Positions 36,999 through 46,476 of a DNA stretch of 64,000 bases are shown here, one piece after another (the first letter of the stretch is position 1; the number at the start of each line of letters is the position of its first letter). The stretch is from NCBI GenBank assembly GCA_038825875.1, contig JAWBOS010000003.1:1786-65785 (forward strand), in the 5' to 3' direction. The stretch is from Candidatus Woesearchaeota archaeon (GTDB taxonomy: Archaea > Nanobdellota > Nanobdellia > Woesearchaeales > JAWBMQ01). The position numbers and the translations under genes are program-made. Under the pieces are notes generated by a model. The model worked only from the letters and a program-made list of their open reading frames with translations, was not told where the DNA came from and searched no databases.

Positions 36999-38807
36999 TT
37001 ATAAGAAGATTTCAAAATGTTCATTAAAGTGTTTTTCTAACTTTTCTAAATGTTCCCTCTTTAAAGTGAGTCTCTTTAATTGCTCCTTTGTTAGTATTTC
37101 ATTTAATTTATCTATTTCAATCGTTTCAATAAAATTCATTTCTTTGTCAAGGACATGTATGAGATTTGTTTCATATTCATGCAAATAGTTTGCTTTTTCA
37201 GTTGGAATGAGTTCATATACTTTATTCTTTCCCTTGAATCTTATTTTGTATGTTTCAAGTTTTCTAAAGTTCTGTGCTTGCAAGTATTCTATCAATCCTT
37301 TCATGAATTCTGTCGCATTTTGACGGAGTTTGTTCATATCTATTTTTTCACTTTCATTTTTTGTGTATTTTTCATAACTTTCAAGTATTTGGTCTAACAT
37401 TCTTAAAAATTTTTGAGGAATTTTTCCACTTTTTATGAGATGTTCATTAAATAGATCTCTTATTTCTTTTTCATCTATTTTTTCAATCCCTTCCGTCTTT
37501 AAGGTATCTCTTATAATAGTGATTACATCATCATATATCTTTACAATGATTTCTCTCTCTTTTCTTTCTTCGATTTCATTGAATAGTTTCTTTATTCTTT
37601 TGATAAAATCTTCAGCATTTTTGTAATATTTTGCCAAATCCTCAGGTTTTAATTCTTTTACAGTTCCATGTTCAATTTCTTTTCTTACTTTTATTGCATC
37701 TTCTAATATTTTTGCATATTTTTCTTCAATCATGTTTTCCTTTTCTATGAAAATGCTTCTGAATAATGTGGGAGTTCCTTTAGGAGGCGGAATTGCAATT
37801 CCATATTTCATAAGAGCTGCTTGTGATGGAGTAAGAACTGCATAATATAAATCTTCTATTATTAGTTCTTTTACTTTGTTTTTTACATCTTCAATTATTC
37901 GTTCTCCTGTTTCAAATAATCTCTCTACGGCTTCAGGACTTGGTTGAATCATGCCCATCTTTAATAATTGCTTCCACGGCATGAAAATTCCACGATCATA
38001 CAAGGGGATTCCATCTCTGAGGAATGTATATATTACTGGATTTGCTTGTCTTAGACTATCCCAAAATTCTGTTAATAAGTAAACTTGTATGTTTAAATCA
38101 TTTTTTACTCCTGTTTTTTCTTTTGCAATAAATCCAGATTCTAAAATTATAGCTCTCAATTTTTCTCTTAATTCTACTCTTGTCATTCTCTTTACATCAG
38201 TATCATCAATTACTACAAATACATCTACATCACTTGTAGGAGTTGCTTCTCCTCTTACAGTGGATCCTGCTAATACATAAGCAACAACATATTTCTCAAA
38301 TTTTTCTAGAACAAGAATTTTGTGCACTTCTGACACTTTTATTGCACAAAACAGCCCTCTATCATATACATTGTAACCTAATGAAAATATCTTCAAAACC
38401 TCAAAATTAGAATCAAAACAATTTTGCCATAACTCAGAAAGCAACATTATTTCTGGTTTTATCTCTTTTTGTTGCGAAAATTCAATACATTTCTTTATTG
38501 CTTCAAGTTTTAGTTTTGCAATATCTTCTGTTTTTGAATCATCTAAAAGAGTGAACAAATGAATCTTATCACTTTTCTTATCTTCTTCATTTTCTAAAAT
38601 TGAAAATTCTTTTGGAATTATGGAAACTCCAATCAGTGTTTCTTTGAATTCTTTTTTCACCCAATTGATAAATTCTTCAACAGTTGTTTTGTTTTCCATT
38701 ACTTTTTTTTGCAAATCTTCAGGTAGTATTTTTATTTGTTCTGTTATTATTTGATTTTCAGACATTTTTTCACCTTTTTTATTTTTCTTTAATGATTTTA
38801 TAATCAT
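36999..38807 (-). CDS. Large Pol-beta-type nucleotidyltransferase-domain protein of unknown function
   Basis: The NTase signature AGSTVRGEATPTSDVDVFVVIDD (GS-x9-DxD) lies near residue 185 of 602. An R-x4-H (HEPN-like) element IKVRKEIEHG lies downstream. The C-terminal ~200 aa are K/E-rich and helical. Confidence 0.5.
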   Translation of the reverse strand: MIIKSLKKNKKGEKMSENQIITEQIKILPEDLQKKVMENKTTVEEFINWVKKEFKETLIGVSIIPKEFSILENEEDKKSDKIHLFTLLDDSKTEDIAKLKLEAIKKCIEFSQQKEIKPEIMLLSELWQNCFDSNFEVLKIFSLGYNVYDRGLFCAIKVSEVHKILVLEKFEKYVVAYVLAGSTVRGEATPTSDVDVFVVIDDTDVKRMTRVELREKLRAIILESGFIAKEKTGVKNDLNIQVYLLTEFWDSLRQANPVIYTFLRDGIPLYDRGIFMPWKQLLKMGMIQPSPEAVERLFETGERIIEDVKNKVKELIIEDLYYAVLTPSQAALMKYGIAIPPPKGTPTLFRSIFIEKENMIEEKYAKILEDAIKVRKEIEHGTVKELKPEDLAKYYKNAEDFIKRIKKLFNEIEERKEREIIVKIYDDVITIIRDTLKTEGIEKIDEKEIRDLFNEHLIKSGKIPQKFLRMLDQILESYEKYTKNESEKIDMNKLRQNATEFMKGLIEYLQAQNFRKLETYKIRFKGKNKVYELIPTEKANYLHEYETNLIHVLDKEMNFIETIEIDKLNEILTKEQLKRLTLKREHLEKLEKHFNEHFEIFL

Positions 38808-38816
38808 TTAGAATGT

Positions 38817-40325
38817 TTATTCCTTTATAAGTTTATCCTTAAAATCTTCGATTGTTTTTTCCCCAAAAAGTTCCTCTAAAACTGGTAAAAGTTCATCCTT
38901 TTTTACCCTTATTTGTTTTTCACTGTCTCTGTCTCTGATTGTTACTGAACTGTCTTCTAAGGTTTGAAAGTCAATTGTTATAACATAAGGAATTCCAAGT
39001 AAATTACATCTTAAATACCTTCTTCCGATGGATCCTGTTTCGTCATAAAATACATCGTACTGTTTTTCTAATAGACTTTTTATTTCAAATGCCTTTTGTA
39101 TGAGTTCAGGTTTTCTCAATAATGGTAATACTGCAACAGGAATTGGAGCAATATGTTTAGGCAACCTTAGTGTACTCTTTCCCTCTTCCTTTTCAAGTTC
39201 CTCATAGCAGTTACTAATCATTGCAAATATTATTCGATCAATTCCATATGCTATTTCAAGGATATGAGGAATCTCTTGTTTTTGCGTTTCTTCGTTAAAA
39301 GCTGTTAAGGATTGATTGCTAAATTTTGAGTGTTGAGTTAAGTCATAATTGCTTCTGTCATGTATTCCACATACTTCTTTCCAGCCAAAAGAAGGAAGTA
39401 GAATTTCTGCATCCCAAGCGTCAAGTGCATAAAATGCTTTTTCATCTTGCTTGTGCTGCCTTAGTCTAATCTTTTCTGGTGAAAATCCTAAGTCTAGAAA
39501 ACTTTTGTAGGTTAATGCTATACAATATAGATATGCATTGTTTTTGAATAGATTCTTATTCCAAGCTGAGTAAGGAGATAATCTGTATGTTCTGTCTTTT
39601 TCATCAATTAAGTTCATTTCAAATTGGAATTCTTTTAATTTTTCTTGAAACATGTTTTTTTGGTTTTCAAATATAAAAAGTTGACACTCGAATTGTGTAA
39701 ACTCTCTACATCTCAAGATGTGTTGTCTTGGATTTATTTCATTTCTATAAGCTTTACCTGTTTGAAATATTCCAAAAGGAAGCTTTTTTCTAAAAAAGTT
39801 GTAGTAGTAAATGAATGGAAGATATGTTGTAGTAGCAGTTTCTGGTCTGCAATAAGCTTCAGAATTTGCAACTTTTGCTTCAATCATTAGACTTTTCATC
39901 TCAATCTTTTCATCAAAACTACCATTGCATGAAGGACATTTAAGTTGTTTTATTAGTGATTTCATTTCTTCAATAGTATTTACTTTTTTGTCTAACTGTT
40001 CCTCAATTAAGTTATCTGCTCTAAATTCACCTTTGCAGTTTTTACATGTTATAACCGGATCTTTGAATCGATCTAAATGTCCAGAAGCTTTCCAAACAAT
40101 AGCAGGCATTATCGTAGGAAGTTCAACTTCCCAAAAGTCGTACCTATAATAGTATTTTCTTAGGAAATTTTCTATTGAATTTTTCAGTCTTTTTCCAAGT
40201 GGGCCATATGTGTAAAAACCAGCAAATCCCCCATATATTTCAGGACTAGGTCCATAAATTAATCCTCTATCTCGCATAAAAGCAATCAGTCTTTCTAACA
40301 CCTTTTTTTCATTTTCAGATGTCAT
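38817..40325 (-). CDS. glyS: Glycyl-tRNA synthetase (archaeal/eukaryotic alpha2 type)
   Basis: The N-terminus LIYGPSPEIYGGFAGFYTYGPLG matches the class II GlyRS motif 1 region. The length is 502 aa, and an anticodon-binding domain is present at the C-terminus. Confidence 0.88.
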   Translation of the reverse strand: MTSENEKKVLERLIAFMRDRGLIYGPSPEIYGGFAGFYTYGPLGKRLKNSIENFLRKYYYRYDFWEVELPTIMPAIVWKASGHLDRFKDPVITCKNCKGEFRADNLIEEQLDKKVNTIEEMKSLIKQLKCPSCNGSFDEKIEMKSLMIEAKVANSEAYCRPETATTTYLPFIYYYNFFRKKLPFGIFQTGKAYRNEINPRQHILRCREFTQFECQLFIFENQKNMFQEKLKEFQFEMNLIDEKDRTYRLSPYSAWNKNLFKNNAYLYCIALTYKSFLDLGFSPEKIRLRQHKQDEKAFYALDAWDAEILLPSFGWKEVCGIHDRSNYDLTQHSKFSNQSLTAFNEETQKQEIPHILEIAYGIDRIIFAMISNCYEELEKEEGKSTLRLPKHIAPIPVAVLPLLRKPELIQKAFEIKSLLEKQYDVFYDETGSIGRRYLRCNLLGIPYVITIDFQTLEDSSVTIRDRDSEKQIRVKKDELLPVLEELFGEKTIEDFKDKLIKE

Positions 40326-41485
40326 TCTTCCACCTTTTCTTTTAATGAAATTAGGTTGTTGTATAAATTATCATCAATCTCAAGTAATTCTCTAATTGTT
40401 TCGGAATTTTTGATTATTTCAATATATCTATCAAAAATCATTAGAATATCTTCACGATTTGCATGTGTAATTTTTGAAATCTTTTCGATCAATGCATTCT
40501 TTATTGCTTGTTTATTTGAAGCATTCCACTTATGAATATAGATGTTTGGTGCAGTAATTTTGAAGTTTGTTGCTGTTTCTTTTTTACTTTTTCCAACCAT
40601 TACTGACAAATAAAAGAATATGTAAACAAGCATTCTCCAGTATTCGTTTTTTTTCAATTCAAGAAGTAGGTAGTTTGCATTTTGTATATTTTTTAGCATT
40701 TCTTGTATTGAGATGTAACTAAAATTTGCATTCCAAATACTGTGTTCAACCCAATAGAGTATTTCTTCGGGTTCCAATTCTACATTAGAAAATGCCATAG
40801 ATAGATCATTGTAAGTGTTTTTGTAAATTATTGTAAGTATTGCGTTTACTATCTTTTTCTCAAGTTCTCTACCTAAGGGTTCTAGCGATTTGTTTTGAGA
40901 GTATAGTATTGCGTTTAGATCATTTAATGCGGCTCTAAGATCCCCCTTTGCACCATCTGCAATTTCTTCAAGAATTTCATCAGAGATCTGTATGTTTTCC
41001 AGCTGAGTGATTTTTTTTAATTGTTGAAAAATTTTTCTTTTGTTAATATGATTAAATTCTACAACTTTGCATAAGCTTCTTAGCTCTTTGAATCTTTTGT
41101 CCCAGATGTCGTTTGCTGTTAATACTACTGGAAATATTGATTCTTTGATTATTCTTTTTATCCCCTCTATAGCGCCGTAATCGGTATTACTTATTCCATC
41201 AATTTCATCGATTAAAATGATTTTATTTCTGCCAAATATTGATTTTTGCTTTACTGCAGGAATGTACTTTTCTAGTTCGCTTTTGCTTCTTTCATCACTT
41301 GCATTGATTTCTATTACTTCATAATTTAGATCACTTGCTATTGCATAAACACAACTTGTTTTTCCTACACCAGGAGGGCCATATATTATGATCTTTTGAT
41401 TTTTCTTTATGAGTTCTATTACTTCAGAAATCTTTTGCTCAATTATCTCTTTTGAGCTTTTTGGTCTGTATTTTTCGGCTAGCAT
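40322..41485 (-). CDS. rfcL: Replication factor C large subunit
   Basis: The Walker A motif IIYGPPGVGKTSCVYA and the Walker B motif LIDEIDG are present. At 387 aa it has the typical archaeal RfcL architecture. The gene overlaps glyS by 4 nt. Confidence 0.85.
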   Translation of the reverse strand: MLAEKYRPKSSKEIIEQKISEVIELIKKNQKIIIYGPPGVGKTSCVYAIASDLNYEVIEINASDERSKSELEKYIPAVKQKSIFGRNKIILIDEIDGISNTDYGAIEGIKRIIKESIFPVVLTANDIWDKRFKELRSLCKVVEFNHINKRKIFQQLKKITQLENIQISDEILEEIADGAKGDLRAALNDLNAILYSQNKSLEPLGRELEKKIVNAILTIIYKNTYNDLSMAFSNVELEPEEILYWVEHSIWNANFSYISIQEMLKNIQNANYLLLELKKNEYWRMLVYIFFYLSVMVGKSKKETATNFKITAPNIYIHKWNASNKQAIKNALIEKISKITHANREDILMIFDRYIEIIKNSETIRELLEIDDNLYNNLISLKEKVEE

Positions 41486-41528
41486 TGGAAATAGATAGAT
41501 CTCTTCTTTTTAAATATTTTATTTTTAG

Positions 41529-41834
41529 TTAGTCTACTAAAGGATTCTCTTTGCAATATATCACAGACATTAACCTTTTTTCTAAAGTACCTATAAAATA
41601 TTTGCCAGGTAAAAATTCCTTATCTATTTTTATCTCAATAGCTCTCTTTATAAAGGTTTTTCTTTGTTTTTGATCATTAAATGCCATAACAAAGCTGTTC
41701 TTTGTTTCATTTATTATAATCCCTGTGTATTCTGTGTTATTGAATCTTATTGTTACCTGCTTACCTATTAGATTTTTACAGATGTATTTTTTTAATTCAT
41801 CGATTATTGATTTTTTCTCATTAAATGTCATCAA
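41529..41834 (-). CDS. rnp1: RNase P protein subunit Rpp29/Pop4-like (Sm-like fold)
   Basis: LIGKQVTIRFNNTEYTGIIINETKNSFVMAF...KTFIKRAIEIKI...GTLEKRL parallels the Rpp29 pattern (LIGLKVEVV.S.NPSLVGIKGKVIDETKNTLVIE...F.F...VEIDG.LL.GRPE.RL). Confidence 0.5.
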   Translation of the reverse strand: MMTFNEKKSIIDELKKYICKNLIGKQVTIRFNNTEYTGIIINETKNSFVMAFNDQKQRKTFIKRAIEIKIDKEFLPGKYFIGTLEKRLMSVIYCKENPLVD

Positions 41835-41882
41835 TCCTTGAATACAAACAAACTTTAAATATTTTTATGCTTTTTCAAAATT

Positions 41883-42956
41883 ATGAGAGATAAGGGCAGC
41901 TTAAAACTATTTCAAGAGGGAAAAATAAGCTTTTATGCATCTTCTGGCAAGATAAGTGCAAATTTGGAAGTATTTTATAATCCTGTTATGAGAACAAATA
42001 GAGATATTACAATTTTATTTGTTAAAAGTATATTAAGCACAGATTCATTAAAAAATGAGAAAGAATTTCTATTTTTAGATGGATTCTCAGCTTCAGGAGT
42101 TAGAGGACTTAGATTGTTATGTGAAGGCGTAAATGTAATACTTAACGACATTTCTCCAATCTGTTGTGAAGTTATAAAAAAGAATTTAGAGATGAATAAT
42201 TTAAATGCAACAGTTGAAAATTTGGCTTTTGATGAACTTATTTTAAAATATAAGTATAAATATGATTTTGTAGATATTGATCCCTTTGGAACTCCTAATC
42301 CTTATTTGGATATTGCAATTAGATATGCAAAAAATAATTCCTATATAGCAGTTACTTCAACAGATACTGCAGCGTTAACTGGTACATATCCTAAAGTAAC
42401 AAAAAGAAAGTATTGGAGCAATCCAATGAAGAATGAAATGATGCATGAGATGGGATTGAGAACTTTGATACGGAAGTGCCAGATGATAGCTAGTCAATAT
42501 GATAAAGCGCTTATTGTTAAACTTGCATATTATAAGGATCATTATTTTAGAGTATTTTTTCAGGTTATAAATGACAAAAAGACTACAGATGAAATTCTAA
42601 ATTTGCATCAGTACTATTCCCTGGATGAATTTAGAAATGTAATTCTTGGCAATGGATATGGGCCAATTTATATTGGAAATCTTTGCATAAAGGATTTGAT
42701 TGAAAGAATGCTTGCATTTGATTTAGATATTAGTACAGAAACAAAAAAATTATTGGAATTGCTATTAATGGAGTATGAAAAGGTAGGATTTCTAGATTTA
42801 CACACAGCTTCAAAATTTGGTTATATTAAAAAAATTCCAAAGATTAGTGAAGTTTTACATCTTACAAATGCAACAAGAACACATTTTTGTAACACTGCTA
42901 TAAAATCTCCTTTGAGAAATGAGGAAATTTATAACATTATTAACTCAAAATTCTGA
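41883..42956 (+). CDS. trm1: tRNA (guanine26-N2)-dimethyltransferase Trm1
   Basis: The N-terminus FYNPVMRTNRDITIL, the SAM-binding LDGFSASGVRGLR, and DIDPFGTPNPYLD are Trm1 hallmarks. Confidence 0.85.
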   Translation: MRDKGSLKLFQEGKISFYASSGKISANLEVFYNPVMRTNRDITILFVKSILSTDSLKNEKEFLFLDGFSASGVRGLRLLCEGVNVILNDISPICCEVIKKNLEMNNLNATVENLAFDELILKYKYKYDFVDIDPFGTPNPYLDIAIRYAKNNSYIAVTSTDTAALTGTYPKVTKRKYWSNPMKNEMMHEMGLRTLIRKCQMIASQYDKALIVKLAYYKDHYFRVFFQVINDKKTTDEILNLHQYYSLDEFRNVILGNGYGPIYIGNLCIKDLIERMLAFDLDISTETKKLLELLLMEYEKVGFLDLHTASKFGYIKKIPKISEVLHLTNATRTHFCNTAIKSPLRNEEIYNIINSKF

Positions 42957-43922
42957 TTCTTTGTCAATAACGTACAGTTTTCTGGAGAAATTTCTGTTTA
43001 CAGGAATGTTTATAGAATTTTCTATTTTTAGATGATATTTTTTGCATATCTCTCTTATTGTTTCATCTATCTCTTTTTTGTCAATTATTAGCATAGCAGT
43101 CCTTAATCTACAGGAAAGAACTGATTCAATTAATTGTGGAAGATTTTCTCTTATTTTTGATCTAAAACCATATGGGAAGTCAGTGATTATCTTAGTTATT
43201 CCAAATTTTTTTACTAGTTTTTGACAATTTAGAGCATTTTCCCACAGTACAGTTGCATTTTTGCATCTAAACCAGATAAGATTCAATCTTGCTTTTCTAA
43301 GCATAATATGAAACAAATCGCTTCCATAGAATTGATTTTTATATAATCTGCAGCCTTCAATAAGAATTCCACCGGCTCCACAAAAAGGATCGAGGATTAT
43401 ATCATTCTCATTTATTCTTGATAGTAATAGCATAGATCGAGCAATCTTAACATCTAATAATGTAGCTGAATTTACCAGCACTATGGAATTTCTGTAATTG
43501 ATATAATCAATATCTGCTTTCCAGATCTGTTTTGCAAGATAAACTTGTTCATTTATAAGAAAAAGATTTATTTGTTCTCCTCTAAAATCTACCAGTTTTC
43601 CATTATTTTCGCATAATCTACCTAAGCTTATTTTCAATTCTTTTGGCACTTCTTTTGTCATTTCTTTCAAATAAAACCTTTGTGGAATTTTCTCGAATTC
43701 TTGGAACTCTGAAACAAATTTTTCACAGGTATTTTTGTAAATTACTTGATATGTTTTTCTTAAATAGCCAGATTTGTTTAAATTTTGAGTAGAAATGGGA
43801 TATTTTGTAAGTGCTAAGTTATTGTAAATCACAAAGTCTTTTGTGAGTTCTTTTAATTCCATTATTGCAAGCTTTGGATTTTCTTTTGAAAATTCTATAA
43901 TATTTTCAACCATCTTTAGCAT
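42945..43922 (-). CDS. tRNA guanine-N2 methyltransferase of the Trm11/Trm14 (THUMP plus DPPY-class MTase) type
   Basis: The SAM motif I ILDPFCGAGGILIEG and the catalytic D/N-PPY-type motif ITDFPYG are present. An N-terminal ~150-aa THUMP-like region is also present. Confidence 0.65.
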   Translation of the reverse strand: MLKMVENIIEFSKENPKLAIMELKELTKDFVIYNNLALTKYPISTQNLNKSGYLRKTYQVIYKNTCEKFVSEFQEFEKIPQRFYLKEMTKEVPKELKISLGRLCENNGKLVDFRGEQINLFLINEQVYLAKQIWKADIDYINYRNSIVLVNSATLLDVKIARSMLLLSRINENDIILDPFCGAGGILIEGCRLYKNQFYGSDLFHIMLRKARLNLIWFRCKNATVLWENALNCQKLVKKFGITKIITDFPYGFRSKIRENLPQLIESVLSCRLRTAMLIIDKKEIDETIREICKKYHLKIENSINIPVNRNFSRKLYVIDKESEF

Positions 43923-43961
43923 ACTTTTATAAAATCAATTATTTTTTATTTTTTATGAAAA

Positions 43962-44642
43962 ATGGAAAACGAAAATTTTGAAAATTATATTTTGAAGTAT
44001 AAGAATCTAATTTTTTTCGGTTCTTCGCATGTATCTAAAAAAGGATATCATATAATAAATAGAATCTTTGATAATTATAAAATTGATGCAGTTGCTTTAG
44101 AACTTGATCTTGGAAGATTTGTTGCTTTAGTTTCAGACCAAAAACCAACACTTTTTAGAGTTTTTTCAATTATGGATATAATTGTATATTTTTTGGCAAA
44201 GATTCAGTACGATTTAGCTAAAAAAATAGGAACAGACGTTGCTTTAGATATGAAACTTGCAGTTAAAAAATGTATAACTGAGAATTTGCCAATTTATCTG
44301 ATTGATCAACCAATGTCTTTTACTTTGAAAAGATTAAGAAAACACATCACATTTAGATTTTTTATTAAAGTTATCAAAGATTTTCTTAGGGGAGAAAAGA
44401 TAAAATTTTTGGTAGATGATTTTTTGGATTTATCTTATGATGAAATAGAAAAGGTTTTGGATTTGATGAGAAAAAGATATCCTGAACTCTATACACCATT
44501 GCTAGAGGAAAGAAATAGGTACATGGCAAAGAAGCTTAAGAATTTGTTAAACTCATCAGAAACTATACTTGTAATCGTTGGAAAAGCACATGTTCCAGGA
44601 ATTTTAAAAGATCTAGAACAACTTAATCAAAAGAATCCTTAA
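43962..44642 (+). CDS. TraB/PrgY-family protein
   Basis: FFGSSHVS resembles the GTAHVS motif, and LVIVGKAHVPGI resembles VVGAGHLxGI. The size is 226 aa. Confidence 0.55.
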   Translation: MENENFENYILKYKNLIFFGSSHVSKKGYHIINRIFDNYKIDAVALELDLGRFVALVSDQKPTLFRVFSIMDIIVYFLAKIQYDLAKKIGTDVALDMKLAVKKCITENLPIYLIDQPMSFTLKRLRKHITFRFFIKVIKDFLRGEKIKFLVDDFLDLSYDEIEKVLDLMRKRYPELYTPLLEERNRYMAKKLKNLLNSSETILVIVGKAHVPGILKDLEQLNQKNP

Positions 44643-46473
44643 TTTCAACAGTATTTATGTTTTTTGAAACACTTCTTATCTCTTTACTTATTTCTTTTTC
44701 TTCATTTTCAGATAGATGATTTGTTTTTAGAATTATTTTAAATCGTCCACTTTCTGCAGAAGCATCCACAGCTTGTAACTTTACTTTTTCTCTTATCTTT
44801 GAAAGTATCTTTAAGAGAATTCCATCTTCATCCTTACCATAGATGTATATTTTTGAAAATCTTTGTTTCCATTTTAATGGTTCTTTTTTGAAGATTGGAA
44901 GTATGTTTTGACAATTTTCTCTGTGAACAACTTCACCAGTTTTTGTGTGAACAAGAACTATTGGTTCTCCATATTTGATATTACTGCAACAACCAGCAAT
45001 CTTCAAATCCTTGTTATGGTCTATTAGTTTTTTGATGGCTACTGAAGTTTCTTCCTTCTTGCTTTTTTTGCTCATTCCTAGTATTCCTCTTATCATTGAT
45101 TTTACACTGTTACTTTTAACAATAGATAACCACTTTTCATTTATTTGAGGTTTTGGACTTGTAACGATTTCTACAATGTCTCCTGATTTTAGTTCTGTAT
45201 TTAGTGGCATTTTTTGTCCATTTATCTTTGCATATTGAGCATGAATTCCAATATCTGTGTGAACCTTAAATGCAAAATCTAAAGCAGTTCCACCTTTTGG
45301 AAGTTCAATAGGATCACCTTTTGGGGTGAAAACGAAAATTTTTTCTTCAAATGCGGAAAATTTAGGCTTATTACTTAATATGGGAAGAATGGAAATGATT
45401 TGTTTATTCCAAAAGAAAAATTTATCTAGTTTATCTGCTTCTATATTTTTATATTTCCAGTGGGCGGCTACACCATATTCTGCAAAATAATGCATATCCT
45501 CTGTTCTGATCTGAATCTCAAAAGGTTTTCCCTTGTAGTAAAAACAATTGTGCAAACTTTTATAACCATTAGGCTTTGGATGTTGAATGTAATCCTTAAA
45601 TCTTCCAGGTATTTCTTCAAATTTATCCTTCATAATTTCCATTGCTAAATAACACTCTTCCACAGTTTTTGTTATTATCCTTAATGCAATAAAGTCATAA
45701 ATTTCATCTAATTTTTTTCCACTCTCTTCTAATTTTTTCAATACACTATAAAGATGCTTTATTCTTCCTTCAATTCTGTGTTGAGGAAAAAGGTTTAAGA
45801 GGATATTATGCAATTCTTTTAGCAAAACATCTGCCTCTTTATATCTTTGGTTTATGTCTTTGTTTATTTTTTCATAAACTTCAGGATATAGAATCTTTAG
45901 TGGGATGTCTTCTAAACTGACTTTTAGAGCATTAATTCCTAATTTGTGTGCTATAGGAGCATAAATCTCTAGGGTTTCCTTTGCTATTTGGATTTGTCTT
46001 TCCTGTGGTAAGTATTGAATTGTTTTCAAATTATGAACCCTATTTGCTAACCATATTATGAGCGTTCTGAAATCCTTTAAGCCAGCTATTAGTAGAGTTC
46101 TTTTAAGATTTAGAGAATAATTATAGTCTTCTGCTCTCTTTTTTAAATCGTTTTTTTCGTGTAAAAGCTGAAGTAATTCATAAACTTCAGGATCCTTATT
46201 TTTTATACTTTCTATCAATTTTTGACTACAGTGATGTAAAAGTGCAGAGTATATTGTTTGAGGATCTGAATTTAAATCATGGACGATTTTACTAACAGCA
46301 AGAGAATGACAAATTGTTGGGGCTCCTGAATGTCTTTTTGAATCCTTTAAATCATTATCTGCCAAAATATAGTATTCCTTTAGCTTTTCTAATTCTTGTT
46401 TGTTTAATAAAGTAAAGTAAATTTTGAGTTCATCAGGTTCGAGATAAATTTCATTCTCATTGTATTTTATCAT
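44623..46473 (-). CDS. Full-length RelA/SpoT homologue (RSH, a (p)ppGpp synthetase) with a degenerate HD hydrolase motif, plus TGS and C-terminal regulatory domains.
   Basis: The synthetase core GRIKHLYSVLKKL...IALRIITKTVEECY...IPGRFKDYIQHPKPNGYKSLH...EIQIRTEDMHYFAEYGVAAHWKYK matches Rel/RelA. The TGS domain FVFTPKGDPIELPKGGTALDFAFKVHTDIG is present. The N-terminal HD region has RHSGAPTICHSLAV, but the HD dyad is changed to HH (ALLHHCSQ). Confidence 0.8.
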   Translation of the reverse strand: MIKYNENEIYLEPDELKIYFTLLNKQELEKLKEYYILADNDLKDSKRHSGAPTICHSLAVSKIVHDLNSDPQTIYSALLHHCSQKLIESIKNKDPEVYELLQLLHEKNDLKKRAEDYNYSLNLKRTLLIAGLKDFRTLIIWLANRVHNLKTIQYLPQERQIQIAKETLEIYAPIAHKLGINALKVSLEDIPLKILYPEVYEKINKDINQRYKEADVLLKELHNILLNLFPQHRIEGRIKHLYSVLKKLEESGKKLDEIYDFIALRIITKTVEECYLAMEIMKDKFEEIPGRFKDYIQHPKPNGYKSLHNCFYYKGKPFEIQIRTEDMHYFAEYGVAAHWKYKNIEADKLDKFFFWNKQIISILPILSNKPKFSAFEEKIFVFTPKGDPIELPKGGTALDFAFKVHTDIGIHAQYAKINGQKMPLNTELKSGDIVEIVTSPKPQINEKWLSIVKSNSVKSMIRGILGMSKKSKKEETSVAIKKLIDHNKDLKIAGCCSNIKYGEPIVLVHTKTGEVVHRENCQNILPIFKKEPLKWKQRFSKIYIYGKDEDGILLKILSKIREKVKLQAVDASAESGRFKIILKTNHLSENEEKEISKEIRSVSKNINTVEIKDSFD

Positions 46474-46476
46474 TTT

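Noticed and set aside
36999-38807. Calling the 602-aa NTase-domain protein the archaeal CCA-adding enzyme
   Set aside because: The NTase motif lies ~185 residues from the N-terminus, and the C-terminal half is a charged helical region. This is unlike class I CCA enzymes. The evidence is insufficient, so the gene is left as an NTase of unknown function.
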